Positions 53,216 to 64,000 of a stretch of DNA of 64,000 bases are shown piece by piece; position 1 is the stretch's first letter, and each line of letters starts with the position of its first letter. This stretch comes from Octopus sinensis (lineage: Eukaryota), in contig NC_042998.1 in NCBI RefSeq assembly GCF_006345805.1, positions 147,064,001 to 147,128,000 on the forward strand. The letters are read 5' to 3'. The notes beneath the pieces were generated by a model. The model made no database searches. It worked only from the letters and a program-made list of their open reading frames with translations, and was not told where the DNA came from. The position numbers and the translations under genes are program-made.

Positions 53216-53730
53216 GCTATTGATCGTAGCAGGTGGAGAAGGATTATGCACGAGGGGACAGCCACTTTTGAGAAATCTCGAGTTGCACATGAGAAAGTAA
53301 GGCGGGATGTCAGGAAGGGCATCGCTGTTACACTTCCAGATGGGAAGGGTCTTCTTATGATGCTGACATGCAGTGTCTGTGCAAGACCCTACCTCAGTAA
53401 AGCTGGACCCAAGAGTCATCTTCGTAGTCATAAAGCGAGACAGATGAGTGACAACCTGGCCACTGGTGGTGGTGTAACACACCATACTAATCATATCTAT
53501 TGGGCATGTGGAAGAGAGTGTAATTCGGCAGGAGGACTTAAACAACATGCAAAGGTACATGAAGCCCAGTTACAACTACAGCCGGCTATTACCCGTAAAG
53601 GTTTTAGTTGCCAATTCTGTACAAGACATTGTAGATCTTTAGCTGGGCTAAAAAGACACATTCGATCACAGCACCAGTAACAGTTAAGCTTCGTGCAATG
53701 GCCATACTCAATAATGAGGGGGAAGCCCAT
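53215..53730 (+). mobile_element. RTE-type LINE 3' end encoding three C2H2-like fingers
   Basis: ORF 53168..53680 after the (TG)n: DRSRWRRIMHEG.. then CSVC-x12-HLRSH, YWAC-x12-HAKVH, CQFC-x12-HIRSQH; short RTE-like 3' end. Confidence 0.75.
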
Positions 53731-53739
53731 AATATATAT

Positions 53740-53795
<56 letters not shown>

Positions 53796-53999
53796 CACAC
53801 ACATATACATAGACACACATATACACATATACATACATACATATATATATATTATATATATATATATATATGTATGTGTGTATGTGTGTGTGTGTGTGTA
53901 TGTATATATGTTTATATGTGTGTGTTGTGCGCGCGTGTATGTGTATGCATACATATTCATATATAGATGTTTTGCAAACAACTTGCACATGCAAGTGCT

Positions 54000-55500
54000 A
54001 CCAGTCTGGAACTTCGCATACCGGAATCCAGCTAGTGTATGGGATAATTAGGAGAGAATGTGCGCCGTTTCGGGGCCTACCTCTCGACGGCATCACTGTG
54101 CACCGCCCCCACCTTACTGATATCCGGCCCCGCTTGCTAGATCAACTGGTTATCAAATAAGGCTCAATATTCTTCTAGCCATCGCTCATCGTCTCCTTTT
54201 AACCAAATCCAGTGGCTAGCGTTTTCCACTGTAGTTTGGATATCAGTCATGGTGGTATTTACTTTACGATGAGTTAGGCCTAACGATAACAACAGTCGTC
54301 TCACACTGTGTCCAACAAACCCTCTACATCCGACTTCGATTGGAAAATGCTCCGCTTTCCAGCCTGCATCTTCACATTCCTCGAGGAGGTTTACATAACG
54401 GTCAATCTTTCGAGCCCAAGATTCACAAATTTCTTTGCTTCACACCACATTAAAATGTTGGAGTTTTTCGTAACTGGGATGGGAAAGAGTCCTTGACACC
54501 CTGGTAAATCAGCCAGCACCTCCCAATAGTCGTTCCCCTTTTCATCGCTCACAGGAAGTTTGTTGTTCTTCTTGAAACGGATCCGCTGTCCTGAGCGCAC
54601 GAAGGTAATGAAATCTCTAGTTGGTACTTTCAACAGTTTTTTTTTTCACTGTTGTTTAAATCAATTTGGTTCTTTATAGTATTGCAGATAACCTTAAGGA
54701 CCAGGTTGTGTCTCTATGTATACCCGTTCAATGCTAGTGAACAGTGGTAAAGAATATGTTTCAGTGTTCCGACCTTTCTGCATTTGCATATATCACTCAC
54801 ATAGATGTTCCATCTTACTAGATTTGCAGGTGATGGCAAAACATCATAGGATGAACGAATCAGAAAACTTAACCGAGATGTGGTCAACCTCCACATCTTA
54901 TCTCAACTTATTTTCCCCCAACAACATGTTTTTCCTATCTCGTCATCTGTCCTTGTTGAATACATTGGATCAAATGAAGCTCTCTTCTCTCTGCTTCTCT
55001 CGCTTTGATGCTGTTGCTAACAACAGATCTGCGTTCGCTCTGCATCATACTTGCAAACGGTCTGAACTGATCTACACCAAAACCAAGTCCATTCCGATGA
55101 TTTTGCGTTGCACCCACCATATCTCGGAGTGTAAGAGAAGACAAGATGTCATCACTCTCTGCTTCTGCTTTCCACTTCCTGGCTGTTTTCATCTCTGGTG
55201 GATTACACCTAATTTCCATGTCCTTCGACTCTCTCAGCATCATCATTGTTCGTACCTTCCCCATTGACGCTAGTGGCAACTGCAACGAGCCTCTTTTACG
55301 AAAGAGTGCTGAACTGTTCAACATCCGAGTTAGGCCTAGCCGCTTTCTAATGAACACATTACATTTTTGTTCAATGATTTGAACTTTTGACAATGCTACC
55401 TCGTATGTTAAAATATATAATACATTAACTCTATCGTTTGCCTTGAAATATATTTTGTCCTTTTAATAGAAACGAAAACACAGCAGCATATAAAAATAGT
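54000..55500 (-). mobile_element. 5'-truncated HERO/NeSL-like RLE LINE (thumb, CCHC knuckle, RLE, 3' UTR)
   Basis: IEQKCNVFIRKRLGL, CKCRKVGTLKHILYHCSLALNGYTWRHNLVL, WEVLADL, ASHWIWLK; frameshifts. Confidence 0.82.
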
Positions 55501-55639
55501 GAGAGACTAAATCAGAGCTGATAGAATTTCGAAATTTATTGAGCTCAAAGTTCGGATGAAATCGATAATTCGACTCGTAATCACTTTTATCCCTCGTGCC
55601 AGTATGCTTGTGGGATGCGGGCATGAATGCATGTATGTA

Positions 55640-55856
55640 TGTAAGTCCACTCAGCTGGCAAAAATGAGTTGTACCTGTATTTCAGAGGGCCGGCCATGTC
55701 ACATTTCGTGTCACGCTGAATCTCCCTGAGAACTACGTTAGGGGTACGCGTGTCTGTGGATTGCTCAGTCACTTGCACGTTAATTTCATGAGCAGGCTGT
55801 TCCGTTGATCGTATCAGCTGGGACCATCGTCGTCGTAACCGATGGAGTGCTCCCTT
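55640..55856 (+). mobile_element. 3' part of SINE family E
   Basis: ccctgagaactacgttaggggtacgcgtgtctgtgg...gtcgtaaccgatggagtgctccc; inverse copy at 62448-62740. Confidence 0.8.
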
Positions 55857-55956
55857 GTATGTATGTATGTATGTATGTATGTATGTATGTATGTATGTAT
55901 GTATGTATGTATGTATGTATGTATGTATGTATGTGTGTGCATGTGTGTGTGTGTTT

Positions 55957-56014
<58 letters not shown>

Positions 56015-56239
56015 GGTTTCACTCGAAGCGATGTTAAGAAATAAACATTTAAGTCAGTTCAAATGTTTCGGAAATATTTGACCTGTAAAATGGCCCTTCA
56101 TCACTATGATTGCGGGGGAGAAAATTCTCGCTTTAAGCAAGAATTAAGCGTAAAGCTCCATAGTCATTCCAGCGCATCTTCTACGGACTAACATACGGCT
56201 TTTGAGGTCTTTTATACTCTCATCAGTATCAGATACCCA

Positions 56240-56545
56240 TCAGGCAGAATCATTAGCACGTCGAGCACAATGCTTTTCGGCATTTCTTCCAGTATTTTGA
56301 TGAGCGAATATTTCAAATCGTTTAGGCAGCAAGCTGATAGAAAATTTAGAGCTGCGGAAAAGATGTTTGATGGTATTTATTCTGGCTCATTACTTTCTGA
56401 GTTCAAATTCCGCCCAGATCGGTTTTGCCTTTCTTCCTCTCGGGATCGATAAAATAAATACAAATTGAGCACTAGGAAAGAGTAATCTACTAGTCCCCTC
56501 TAAATTTCTAGCCTTGTGACTGTAGTAGACAGAATTATCATCATC
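56240..56545 (+). mobile_element. SINE family B (partly duplicated) whose ATT tail begins the large array
   Basis: ggcagaatcattagcacg..., gagttcaaattccgcc..., tail tgtagtagacagaattatcatcatcattatt. Confidence 0.75.
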
Positions 56546-56572
56546 ATTATTATTATTATTATTATTATTATT

Positions 56573-57126
56573 GAGTGAGAGAGCAGTTCATGCCATCAAG
56601 GTGACACTGGGGTAAAATATACGAAGCCCAATATACCCATCATGACTACCCGTCTGATAAAGGTACACCAGGCACATGCATCACAACCATATGTGCGCAA
56701 CATGGTGATCTCATATCAAGATAAACAGCACATGACCTTGCAGGTGGGGCCCAGTTAGAATTTTCTTCAGGTTGAGTAGCCCATCCCGCTCAAACGGTCT
56801 CTGAATAAGGGTTGTTTAAGGATGTTGAAAGAACCACCCATGTTTCCAGAGGCGAACTATTCAAACCCCAAAGAATCCCTCTCAACACATGGCTATGATG
56901 CTCCCCTACTACTTCTGCTCGTGATCAGAGATGCACATATCGTCAGCCACTAAGGGACATGCTCAACTGGTTAAGGTCAAACAACTGACAAGCAAATCTG
57001 TGGTATTGAGCAGAATATTTGCTGTAGCCCATCTTTTATACCAAGACAAAACAATGTACATGATAACACTTCCAATCAGTTAAGATCAGAAGCCATGAGA
57101 GCCACTGCCTGGTACTGCATCAGGGC

Positions 57127-57127
<1 letters not shown>
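56573..57127 (-). mobile_element. ~555 bp ATT-associated element, full copy
   Basis: Same termini as 18866-19400 and 57301-57852; ATT on both sides. Confidence 0.93.
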
Positions 57128-57199
<72 letters not shown>

Positions 57200-57219
57200 T
57201 ATTATTATTATCATCATCA

Positions 57220-57300
<81 letters not shown>

Positions 57301-57852
57301 GAGTGAGAGAGCAGTGCATGCCATCAAAGTGGCACTGGGGTAAAATATACGAAGTCTAGTATACCTATCATGACTACCCGTCGGATAAGGGTACACTAGG
57401 CACACGCATCATAACCATATGTGCGCAACATGGTGACCTCAAATCAAGATAAACAGCACATGACCTTGCAGGTGGGGCCCAGTTAGAATTTACTTCTTGT
57501 CGAGTAACCCATCCTGCTCAAAAGGTCTCTGAATAAGGGTTGTTTAAGGATGTTGAATGAAACACCCATGCTTCCAGAGGTGAACTATTCAAACTCCCAA
57601 AGAATCCTTCTCAACACATGGCTATGATGCTCCCCTACTACTTCTACTCGTGATCAGAGATGCACATACCGTCAACCACCAAAAACATGCTCAATTGGTT
57701 ATGGTCAAACAACTGACAAGCAAATTTGTGGTATTGAGCAGAATATTTGCTGTAGTCCATCTTTTCTACCAAGACAAAACAATGTACGTAACACTTCCAA
57801 TCAGTTAAGATCAGAAGCCATGAGGGCCACTGCCTGGTACTGCATCAGGGCA
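57301..57852 (-). mobile_element. ~555 bp ATT-associated element, full copy
   Basis: Colinear, diverged copy of 56573-57127. Confidence 0.93.
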
Positions 57853-57889
57853 TTTATCATCATCATCATCATTATTATTATTATTATTA

Positions 57890-57938
<49 letters not shown>

Positions 57939-57941
57939 TTT

Positions 57942-59195
57942 ATTCAGTAGTCTTATCTTTCACTGCACTACCGAGCGTAGCTTTGTGTGTCTTGGATATG
58001 TGCTGTGGTTTGTTGTGGTGCTCCTATTTTCACTATATTGAAAGTGCTCTGTGTAGGATGCGTGCGGTGCCACGTAGTGCTATTTTTGTGTGTTGTATAT
58101 ACTTGTAAGTCCTGTTGTTTTTGTTATGTATTTGCCTGAACGTTTTTTTTATCGTACCTCATGCGCCTACAACATTAGGAAGTGTTTCTGTTTTTAGGCT
58201 TCATATTCGGGTTACCATGGCTTCCAGAACTTTGTATTTTGAAAGTTTTTCCGTTTCTTTTTGAGAAACGATGTCATCTTTTGGCATTGATACATCGATT
58301 AGAAAACGATTTTTCTTGGTGATCTCTGACAACTATATCCGGCTTATTATCCTTGATTTCTCTATCTGTGTGTATTAACATATCCCAGAGTATTGTTGCT
58401 TTCTCATTTTATGTGGCCTTTTCTGGGGTGTGCCTATACCATCTTTTTTTCTGTTATTATTCTATAGTGTTGGCATAACTTCCAGTATATAGGTCCCAAC
58501 TCTGTCGTGTCTGTGAATATATTCCTTCTTAGCCAGGACTGGGCAGCCAAAAATTATATGATTTATTGTTTCCTAAGTATTTACAAGTCTGGTTTTGGTC
58601 TAATCCTCTTATTTCATTTACTTTATCTGGTGTAATGTTGTTACTCTTAACTAGTTTTCCTCTTTTCAGGGTTGCTTTGGCGCATTTTTCTAATCCAAAT
58701 TTCATATCTATTTCTTTGGTAAATCCGTGTACCGTATGTAGTAGTATTTCCAGCTGTTTATCATTTGTAGCGTATAGTTTTAGGTCATCCATATATAAAA
58801 GGTGGCTGATTGTTTTGCCGTAACATTTGTATCCGCATCTAGTTCTATTTAGCATATCAGATAGAGATGTCAGTGCCAAACAGAAAAGGAGTGGAGATAG
58901 CGTGTCTCCCTGGAATATTCCTCTTCTAATGGGGATGTCTTTGGTTTTCATGAGTCCCTCTTTTGTTTGGAGCTGTAGCACTGTCTACCATTTATTCATA
59001 GAGTGTCTTATGTATTTTATAATTATTGGTACCACCTTGTTAAAGGTTAGTGTTTCGAGGATCCACGCGTGGAGAATACTATCAAAAGCCTTTCGGTAGT
59101 CGATCCAGGCCATACTGAGGACTTTCTTCTTTCTGCGGCTGTCTTCAGTTATGGCTTTATTAGTTGATCTTTACAGCCATATGTGTCCTTGAATA
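57942..59195 (-). mobile_element. R4/Dong LINE, 5'-truncated and internally deleted
   Basis: SMAWIDYRKAFDS, RRGIFQGDTLSPLLFCLAL, HLLYMDDLKLYA, FGLEKCA, KYLG joined to ETINHIIFGCPVLAKKEYIHRHDRVG, NKPDIVVRD; ATT flanks. Confidence 0.9.
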
Positions 59196-59229
59196 TTATT
59201 ATCATTATATTATTATTATTATTATTATG

Positions 59230-59260
<31 letters not shown>

Positions 59261-59281
59261 TATTATTATTATTATTATTAT

Positions 59282-59726
59282 TCTATGTTTGACTTTTGCT
59301 TTATATTTGTACAAGTTGCTCCAAGTCTCACCAGAGACCTCAAGAGACAACAGGGTTGGAAGTTCATGTTGTTGTTATGCCTAGTGTGCCATATATTTGG
59401 GGGTGGGGATGTGTGTCTAATGAATGTCTAAAAAAAAAAAGTTTTTTTTTTTTTTTTTTTTAAACCGAAAATTATGGTTGTTTTAAACCTTGAGGTTACA
59501 TAGAGAGTATTTTGCGTAAGATATGAGCAGTTCCCATGAGCACTATCTTTTGAACTTCTGCCATTTTGGGGTTTCCTGGTATCTGAGTTAGGTAGCTATC
59601 AGCCCCTTTTGCTATCATTCCCAGGGCAACCTATGACAACAGGTATTGTTTTAGTCTTCAGCTTCCACATTTTGCTGATTCTATTTCAAGAAATCAGCAA
59701 AATGTGGAAGCTGAGACTAAAACAAT
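59282..59726 (-). mobile_element. Short 3' fragment of a different R4/Dong LINE with fold-back 5' end
   Basis: IEISKMWKLKTKTIPVVIG..MIAKGADSYLTQIPGNPKMAEVQKIVLMGTAHILRKILSM*; ATT flanks. Confidence 0.85.
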
Positions 59727-59775
59727 TTATTATTATTATTATTATTATCATTATATTATTATTATCATCATTATT

Positions 59776-59855
<80 letters not shown>

Positions 59856-59869
59856 CATCATTTCTTTTT

Positions 59870-61295
59870 ATCTCAAGTTTTATTCGAACTCTTGAAGTCT
59901 TGCATGCGTAGCGGGCTTGCTACCTGCAGCCTACGGTACCATGCTATCTGTTCTTTTCAACTATCTAATACTTTCCTGATTATTCTGGCCGTGGTAAGGA
60001 GGCAAACCTTTTGTAACAGTTCTACCGGGCACACTATTCCGATTTCCTTTATATTCCTCTTGATACCTTCTGATACTGTGCCCAAAGACCCAACAATAAG
60101 TGGCACTACATTCACTTTCTTCACTTTCCTTAGCCGGGCTATTTCATACTTAAGACGATTGCATATATCTATTTTTTCGCCATCCTTCTTGACTATCTGT
60201 AGGTCAAAGGGGCACGCAAAATCAACTCTATATCACATATGGTGCATCTTGTCGACCACCACAAGGTCTGGTCTGTTATGCTCTAGCACCTGATCTGTTT
60301 GGTTTAGGAAATGCCAGAGGCTTTTGCAAGTCTCCGACTCCGCCACTCTCTGAGATTTGTGCCCATACCACGTCTTGTCTCTCTCTAGCCCCCACTTTTC
60401 GTAGTTTCCAATGTAGCACTTTCGCTACCTTATCTTGTCGCTACAACTTGTAATGGTTTTGGGTAAATTTAGGGCATTCGTTCGTGATATGGGCAATGGT
60501 TTCGTCCACTCTATTACGGATGCGGCACAGTGGAGATACTTGCTCATCCTTAAGGTTGACCCTCCAGTTCGTGACCAAAGCTTGGTCTTACACTACCAGT
60601 ATAGTGCTCTCAGTTTCTTTTTTTAGTGTTCCTTTCTTCAGCCAATCCCACCTGTTTTCCAGCAATATCTGTTGTGCGTACATGAAATTGATTGTGTAGC
60701 CCCTTGTTTCGTAATGCTTCTTCATGTCCTTTTTGTACTTCTTCCTTTGTTTTTCCATTTTTCTCTACTTTCAATACTTCCTCATTCCTAACCGACGCTA
60801 CCAAGGTTTCCTTACTTTGAGCTAGGTTTCTCATTAAGCTCTCGAGTTCGATACTTACGAAGTCTTCCACACATTTTCCTCTTCCTCAATTTGCTCTCTT
60901 CCTGTATAGGTGATCAGTGTCCGCACGTGGTCGGTGGGCTCCATGCATCGTTAGGAGCTTTCTTGTCTTCGTGTTCAACTCCTTTAGCTCCTCCTCTGTC
61001 CACTTCAAGGTTCCAGCGCCATACCGAACAACTGCGACTGCGCACGAGTTTATTGCCGAAATTATGTTTCTGGCATTCAGCTTTGAAGCCAATATCTTTC
61101 CCACTCGCCCCAGGTACTCTTTCTTTGTCATTTCTTTCATATCGTTGTATTTAATTCCATCTGCCTCAAGTATTCTCAGGTATTTACAACTGAATTGAGG
61201 TTAATTACCTTCATCATTTCATCACTTGGCATACATATGCCTCCTATCCTGACAAGCTTTCCGCGTCTCATGACCATCGTAGCACACCTTGCCTT
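59870..61295 (-). mobile_element. R4/Dong LINE C-terminal half (RT end to RLE and 3' UTR)
   Basis: ARCATMVMRRGKLV, KKEYLGRVGKILASKLNARNIISAINSCAVAVVRYG, CRIRNRVDETIAHITNECP, EHNRPDLVVVD, VVPLIVGSLG. Confidence 0.9.
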
Positions 61296-61325
61296 CGGAA
61301 GGTCAGGGAAGAAACAAAGTTGGTA

Positions 61326-61398
<73 letters not shown>

Positions 61399-62384
61399 CG
61401 CACCAAGTTTATTTCTTCTCTGACCTTCTGAAATAGAGACCTCAATAAACACTTATAAGGCTCATGAGAATCTCGTATATATAGGGGTGAACCTCGTTGG
61501 AGCTGACAGCAGTTTAGTTGATGGTCAAAAGAAACCAAAAGAGTGAGGGATAAGACCGAACTCTGGGACACACCAGAGTCGTTTGTTTTAATGCGGCTGC
61601 AATTTTTATTCCTTTATTTCTAGTTAGTGTTTGTTGTGGCATTTGTATGGAATTTAGTTTTATTGTTGTTGTTGCTGCCGTTGTTATTGCTTCGGCTGTT
61701 GTTATTGCTCTTGTTGTCGTCGTCGTTGTTAATACCGCTGATTATATTATTATTGTCGTGCGCAATATTCTCTATAATATACAATTTGTCTGTTTGTAAT
61801 TGACGTCAATATAATTATTGTAAATGTTATTTCTGCAACGACTATCCTAATTGACGACCTTGAATTGCCTTTACAGTTCTCACTGATAATGGTATGTTGC
61901 TTGTTTTTTCTGGGTACCAAAGGTGAGAGGCGGTGGAATGGGACATCGCAGTGGTATGTCGATCTAAGTATCTGACAGACTTTAATTTCGTCTCACTCTA
62001 TGTTCTGTGTTCAGATCACATAGTGTATCTTTCATTAGCTGATTAAAGAATCATGGACGCCACTCCTATTGATGCACTGCAGTTACTTTCTTATTAGAGC
62101 TTGGTGTTTCTGATCTTTGATCTTCTAGGATTCCTCCGCTCAGCATCAATGCAAGAATCTCCTTGGTTCAGTTGAACTCTTCCGCTACCTCTTCACAATT
62201 CGTAATACTGAAGTCCCATGACTTCGCCATATCCCTGACAGGGTGGCTGAACGGGTGCTATGCATTGCCAAAGGGCAGTCTGTAACGATACAGGGCACGG
62301 TCGTCACTGTGTGAAGTATTTTAAAATACCCATATACTCTCTCTCTCTCTCTATATATATATATTATATATGCGTATATATATA

Positions 62385-62423
<39 letters not shown>

Positions 62424-62447
62424 TGTATGTATATATGTATATATAGG

Positions 62448-62740
62448 AGCACTCCGTCGGTTACGACGACGAGGATCCCAGCTGATACAATCAACGGAAC
62501 AGCTTGCTAGTGAAATTAACATGCAAGTGGCTGAACATTCCACAGACACGTGTACCCTTAACGTAGTTCGCAAGGAGATTCAGCGTGATACACAGTGTGT
62601 CAAGGCTGGCCCTTTTTGAAATACGGGTACAAGTCATTTTTGCCAGCTGAGTGAACTGGAGCAACGTGAAATAAAGTGTCTTGCTGAAGGACACAACGTC
62701 TCGCCGGGAATCGAACTCACAACCTTACGATCATGAGCCT
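62448..62740 (-). mobile_element. SINE family E with tRNA-like head and CORE-like segment
   Basis: Head at 62690-62740 (gggaatcgaactcacaacc on +), CORE-like gccagctgagtgaactggagcaacgtgaaataaagtg, tail as 55640-55856. Confidence 0.82.
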
Positions 62741-62748
62741 TACGATCA

Positions 62749-62790
<42 letters not shown>

Positions 62791-62889
62791 ATATAATATA
62801 TATATATATATATTATATATATATATATATTTCGTTTTGGGATTTGGTTTGCAAGATTCTTTAAGTGAGTTCGTGTGTTGAAGCATATT

Positions 62890-63105
62890 CTGTTGTGTCT
62901 GGGGAGAGTCATTTTCTTTTTGTGCCTTATAATGTAACATACTCAACGGTAAAATTTCCACTTATTCCTTATTTTTATTTTCCTAAAATTTTCGTTGCGT
63001 CTTGCAACCTTTTCAATAGTCTTGAAAAATATGGAATAAGTGGAAAATTTACCGGTGTGTTAAATTATAAGACACAAAAAGAAAATGACTTCCCAGACAC
63101 AACAG
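62890..63105. repeat. Imperfect inverted repeat (62890-62968 versus 63033-63105), PLE terminal-repeat-like
   Basis: ctgttgtgtctggggagagtcattttctttttgtg...ccacttattcc versus ggaataagtgg...cacaaaaagaaaatgacttcccagacacaacag. Confidence 0.85.
62983..63019 (-). ncRNA. Minimal hammerhead-like motif with U3:A8 core
   Basis: Minus: CUA UUGAAAA G GUUGC aagac GCAAC GAAA AU U U UAG; perfect stem II, palindromic AAUU stem III, 3 bp stem I. Confidence 0.5.
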
Positions 63106-63135
63106 TATATATATATATATATAAGGTTGTGAGTT

Positions 63136-63718
63136 CGAGAAAGAAGCAACAAGAATGGATTAGTTTTTAGTACAATTGTTTCATACAAAGACAGGCTTTA
63201 TTACAAGTTGCAAAAATTGCAGCAGATAAAAGTGTCCCGGATGAACCATGGATAAATTCATCGTCTGTGCGTATGAAATTCCTCCTCATATCTCTGGAAA
63301 TTTAAATTTACACTACGGATTAATTCACCTTTTCTGTGAAGCTAATAAGCTTTTAAAAACCTGTAATAAGTCTGTGCATCATCCTCCTCATATCTCTGGA
63401 AATTTAAATCTACACCACGGATTAATTCACCTTCTCTGTGAAGCTAATAAGCTTTTAAGAACCTGTGATAAGACTGTGCATCATCATTAAGGAACTTTGG
63501 AAATCTGTTTGCAACCTAAATCTGCCTTTAATGAAATTATCTTCAATACTTCATGAGTATAGCCTCACCCACTAAGATGTTTGGAGAACTCATATGTATT
63601 TTAGCTGATGAGTACGGGACACTTTTATCTGCTGCAATTTTTGCAACTTGTAATAAAGCCTGTCTTTGTATGAAACAATTGTACTAAAAACTAATCCATT
63701 CTTGTTGCTTCTTTCTCG
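63136..63718. repeat. Perfect 104 bp inverted repeat enclosing a 102 bp tandem duplication; probably PLE-derived
   Basis: Arms 63136-63239 and 63615-63718 exact reverse complements; units 63281-63382 and 63383-63484; weak PLE-like peptide YEFSKHLSG*GYTHEVLK on minus. Confidence 0.9.
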
Positions 63719-63834
63719 TTTATAATCACCCCACATTACTGTATGGTTAACACCATATAGTTTTCTGGTGCATCTAAGTTAAGTACCACATTCAAGTAAA
63801 TTCATTGGAATTGACTTGAATCTTAATTGCTTTG

Positions 63835-63947
<113 letters not shown>

Positions 63948-64000
63948 TATATATATACTTTATTTTAAGCAGCAGAAAATTCAACAAAATCTGTTACTCT

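Noticed and set aside
56980-57127. HDV-like ribozyme at the presumed 5' end of the 555 bp element
   Set aside because: Manual folding found hairpins but no nested P1/P2/P3/P1.1 double pseudoknot with a catalytic C in either orientation; a covariance search is needed to exclude it fully.
56534-57941. CRISPR-like repeat/spacer alternation
   Set aside because: The repeats are trinucleotide microsatellites, the inserts are 550 bp paralogous elements, there are no cas genes, and the context is eukaryotic.
62060-62310. Minus-strand frame HSDDRALYRYRLPF...
   Set aside because: Multiple stops; probably an unassignable retroelement relic.
63605-63625. CTGATGAG as a hammerhead core
   Set aside because: No stem II followed by GAAA downstream.

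Overview
Eukaryotic, AT-rich, non-coding DNA saturated with repeats. The SINE, LINE and microsatellite families suggest a cephalopod (octopus-like) genome; this is an inference from repeat style, not a database result. No intact gene, rRNA, true tRNA or CRISPR array is supportable, and most ORFs in the track are microsatellite artefacts. The window holds degenerate retrotransposons: R4/Dong and HERO-like LINEs with restriction-like endonucleases, CR1-like and RTE LINEs, and probable Penelope-like (PLE) fragments. It also holds Tc1/mariner and hAT remnants and several tRNA-derived SINE families. The most notable observations are: (1) a defined ~555 bp non-coding element present six times, almost always inside (ATT)n arrays and co-located with R4/Dong LINEs; (2) a ~5 kb pile-up of such elements in one ATT array; (3) three minimal hammerhead-ribozyme-like motifs, one with a U3:A8 compensatory core; (4) a 3' tail shared by a CR1-like LINE and a SINE; (5) several fold-back inverted repeats; (6) a strong strand bias of LINEs and ATT arrays. 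That bias, with two phase-compatible candidate exons, suggests the window lies in long introns of a + strand gene. Coordinates were read by eye and are approximate at degenerate ends.
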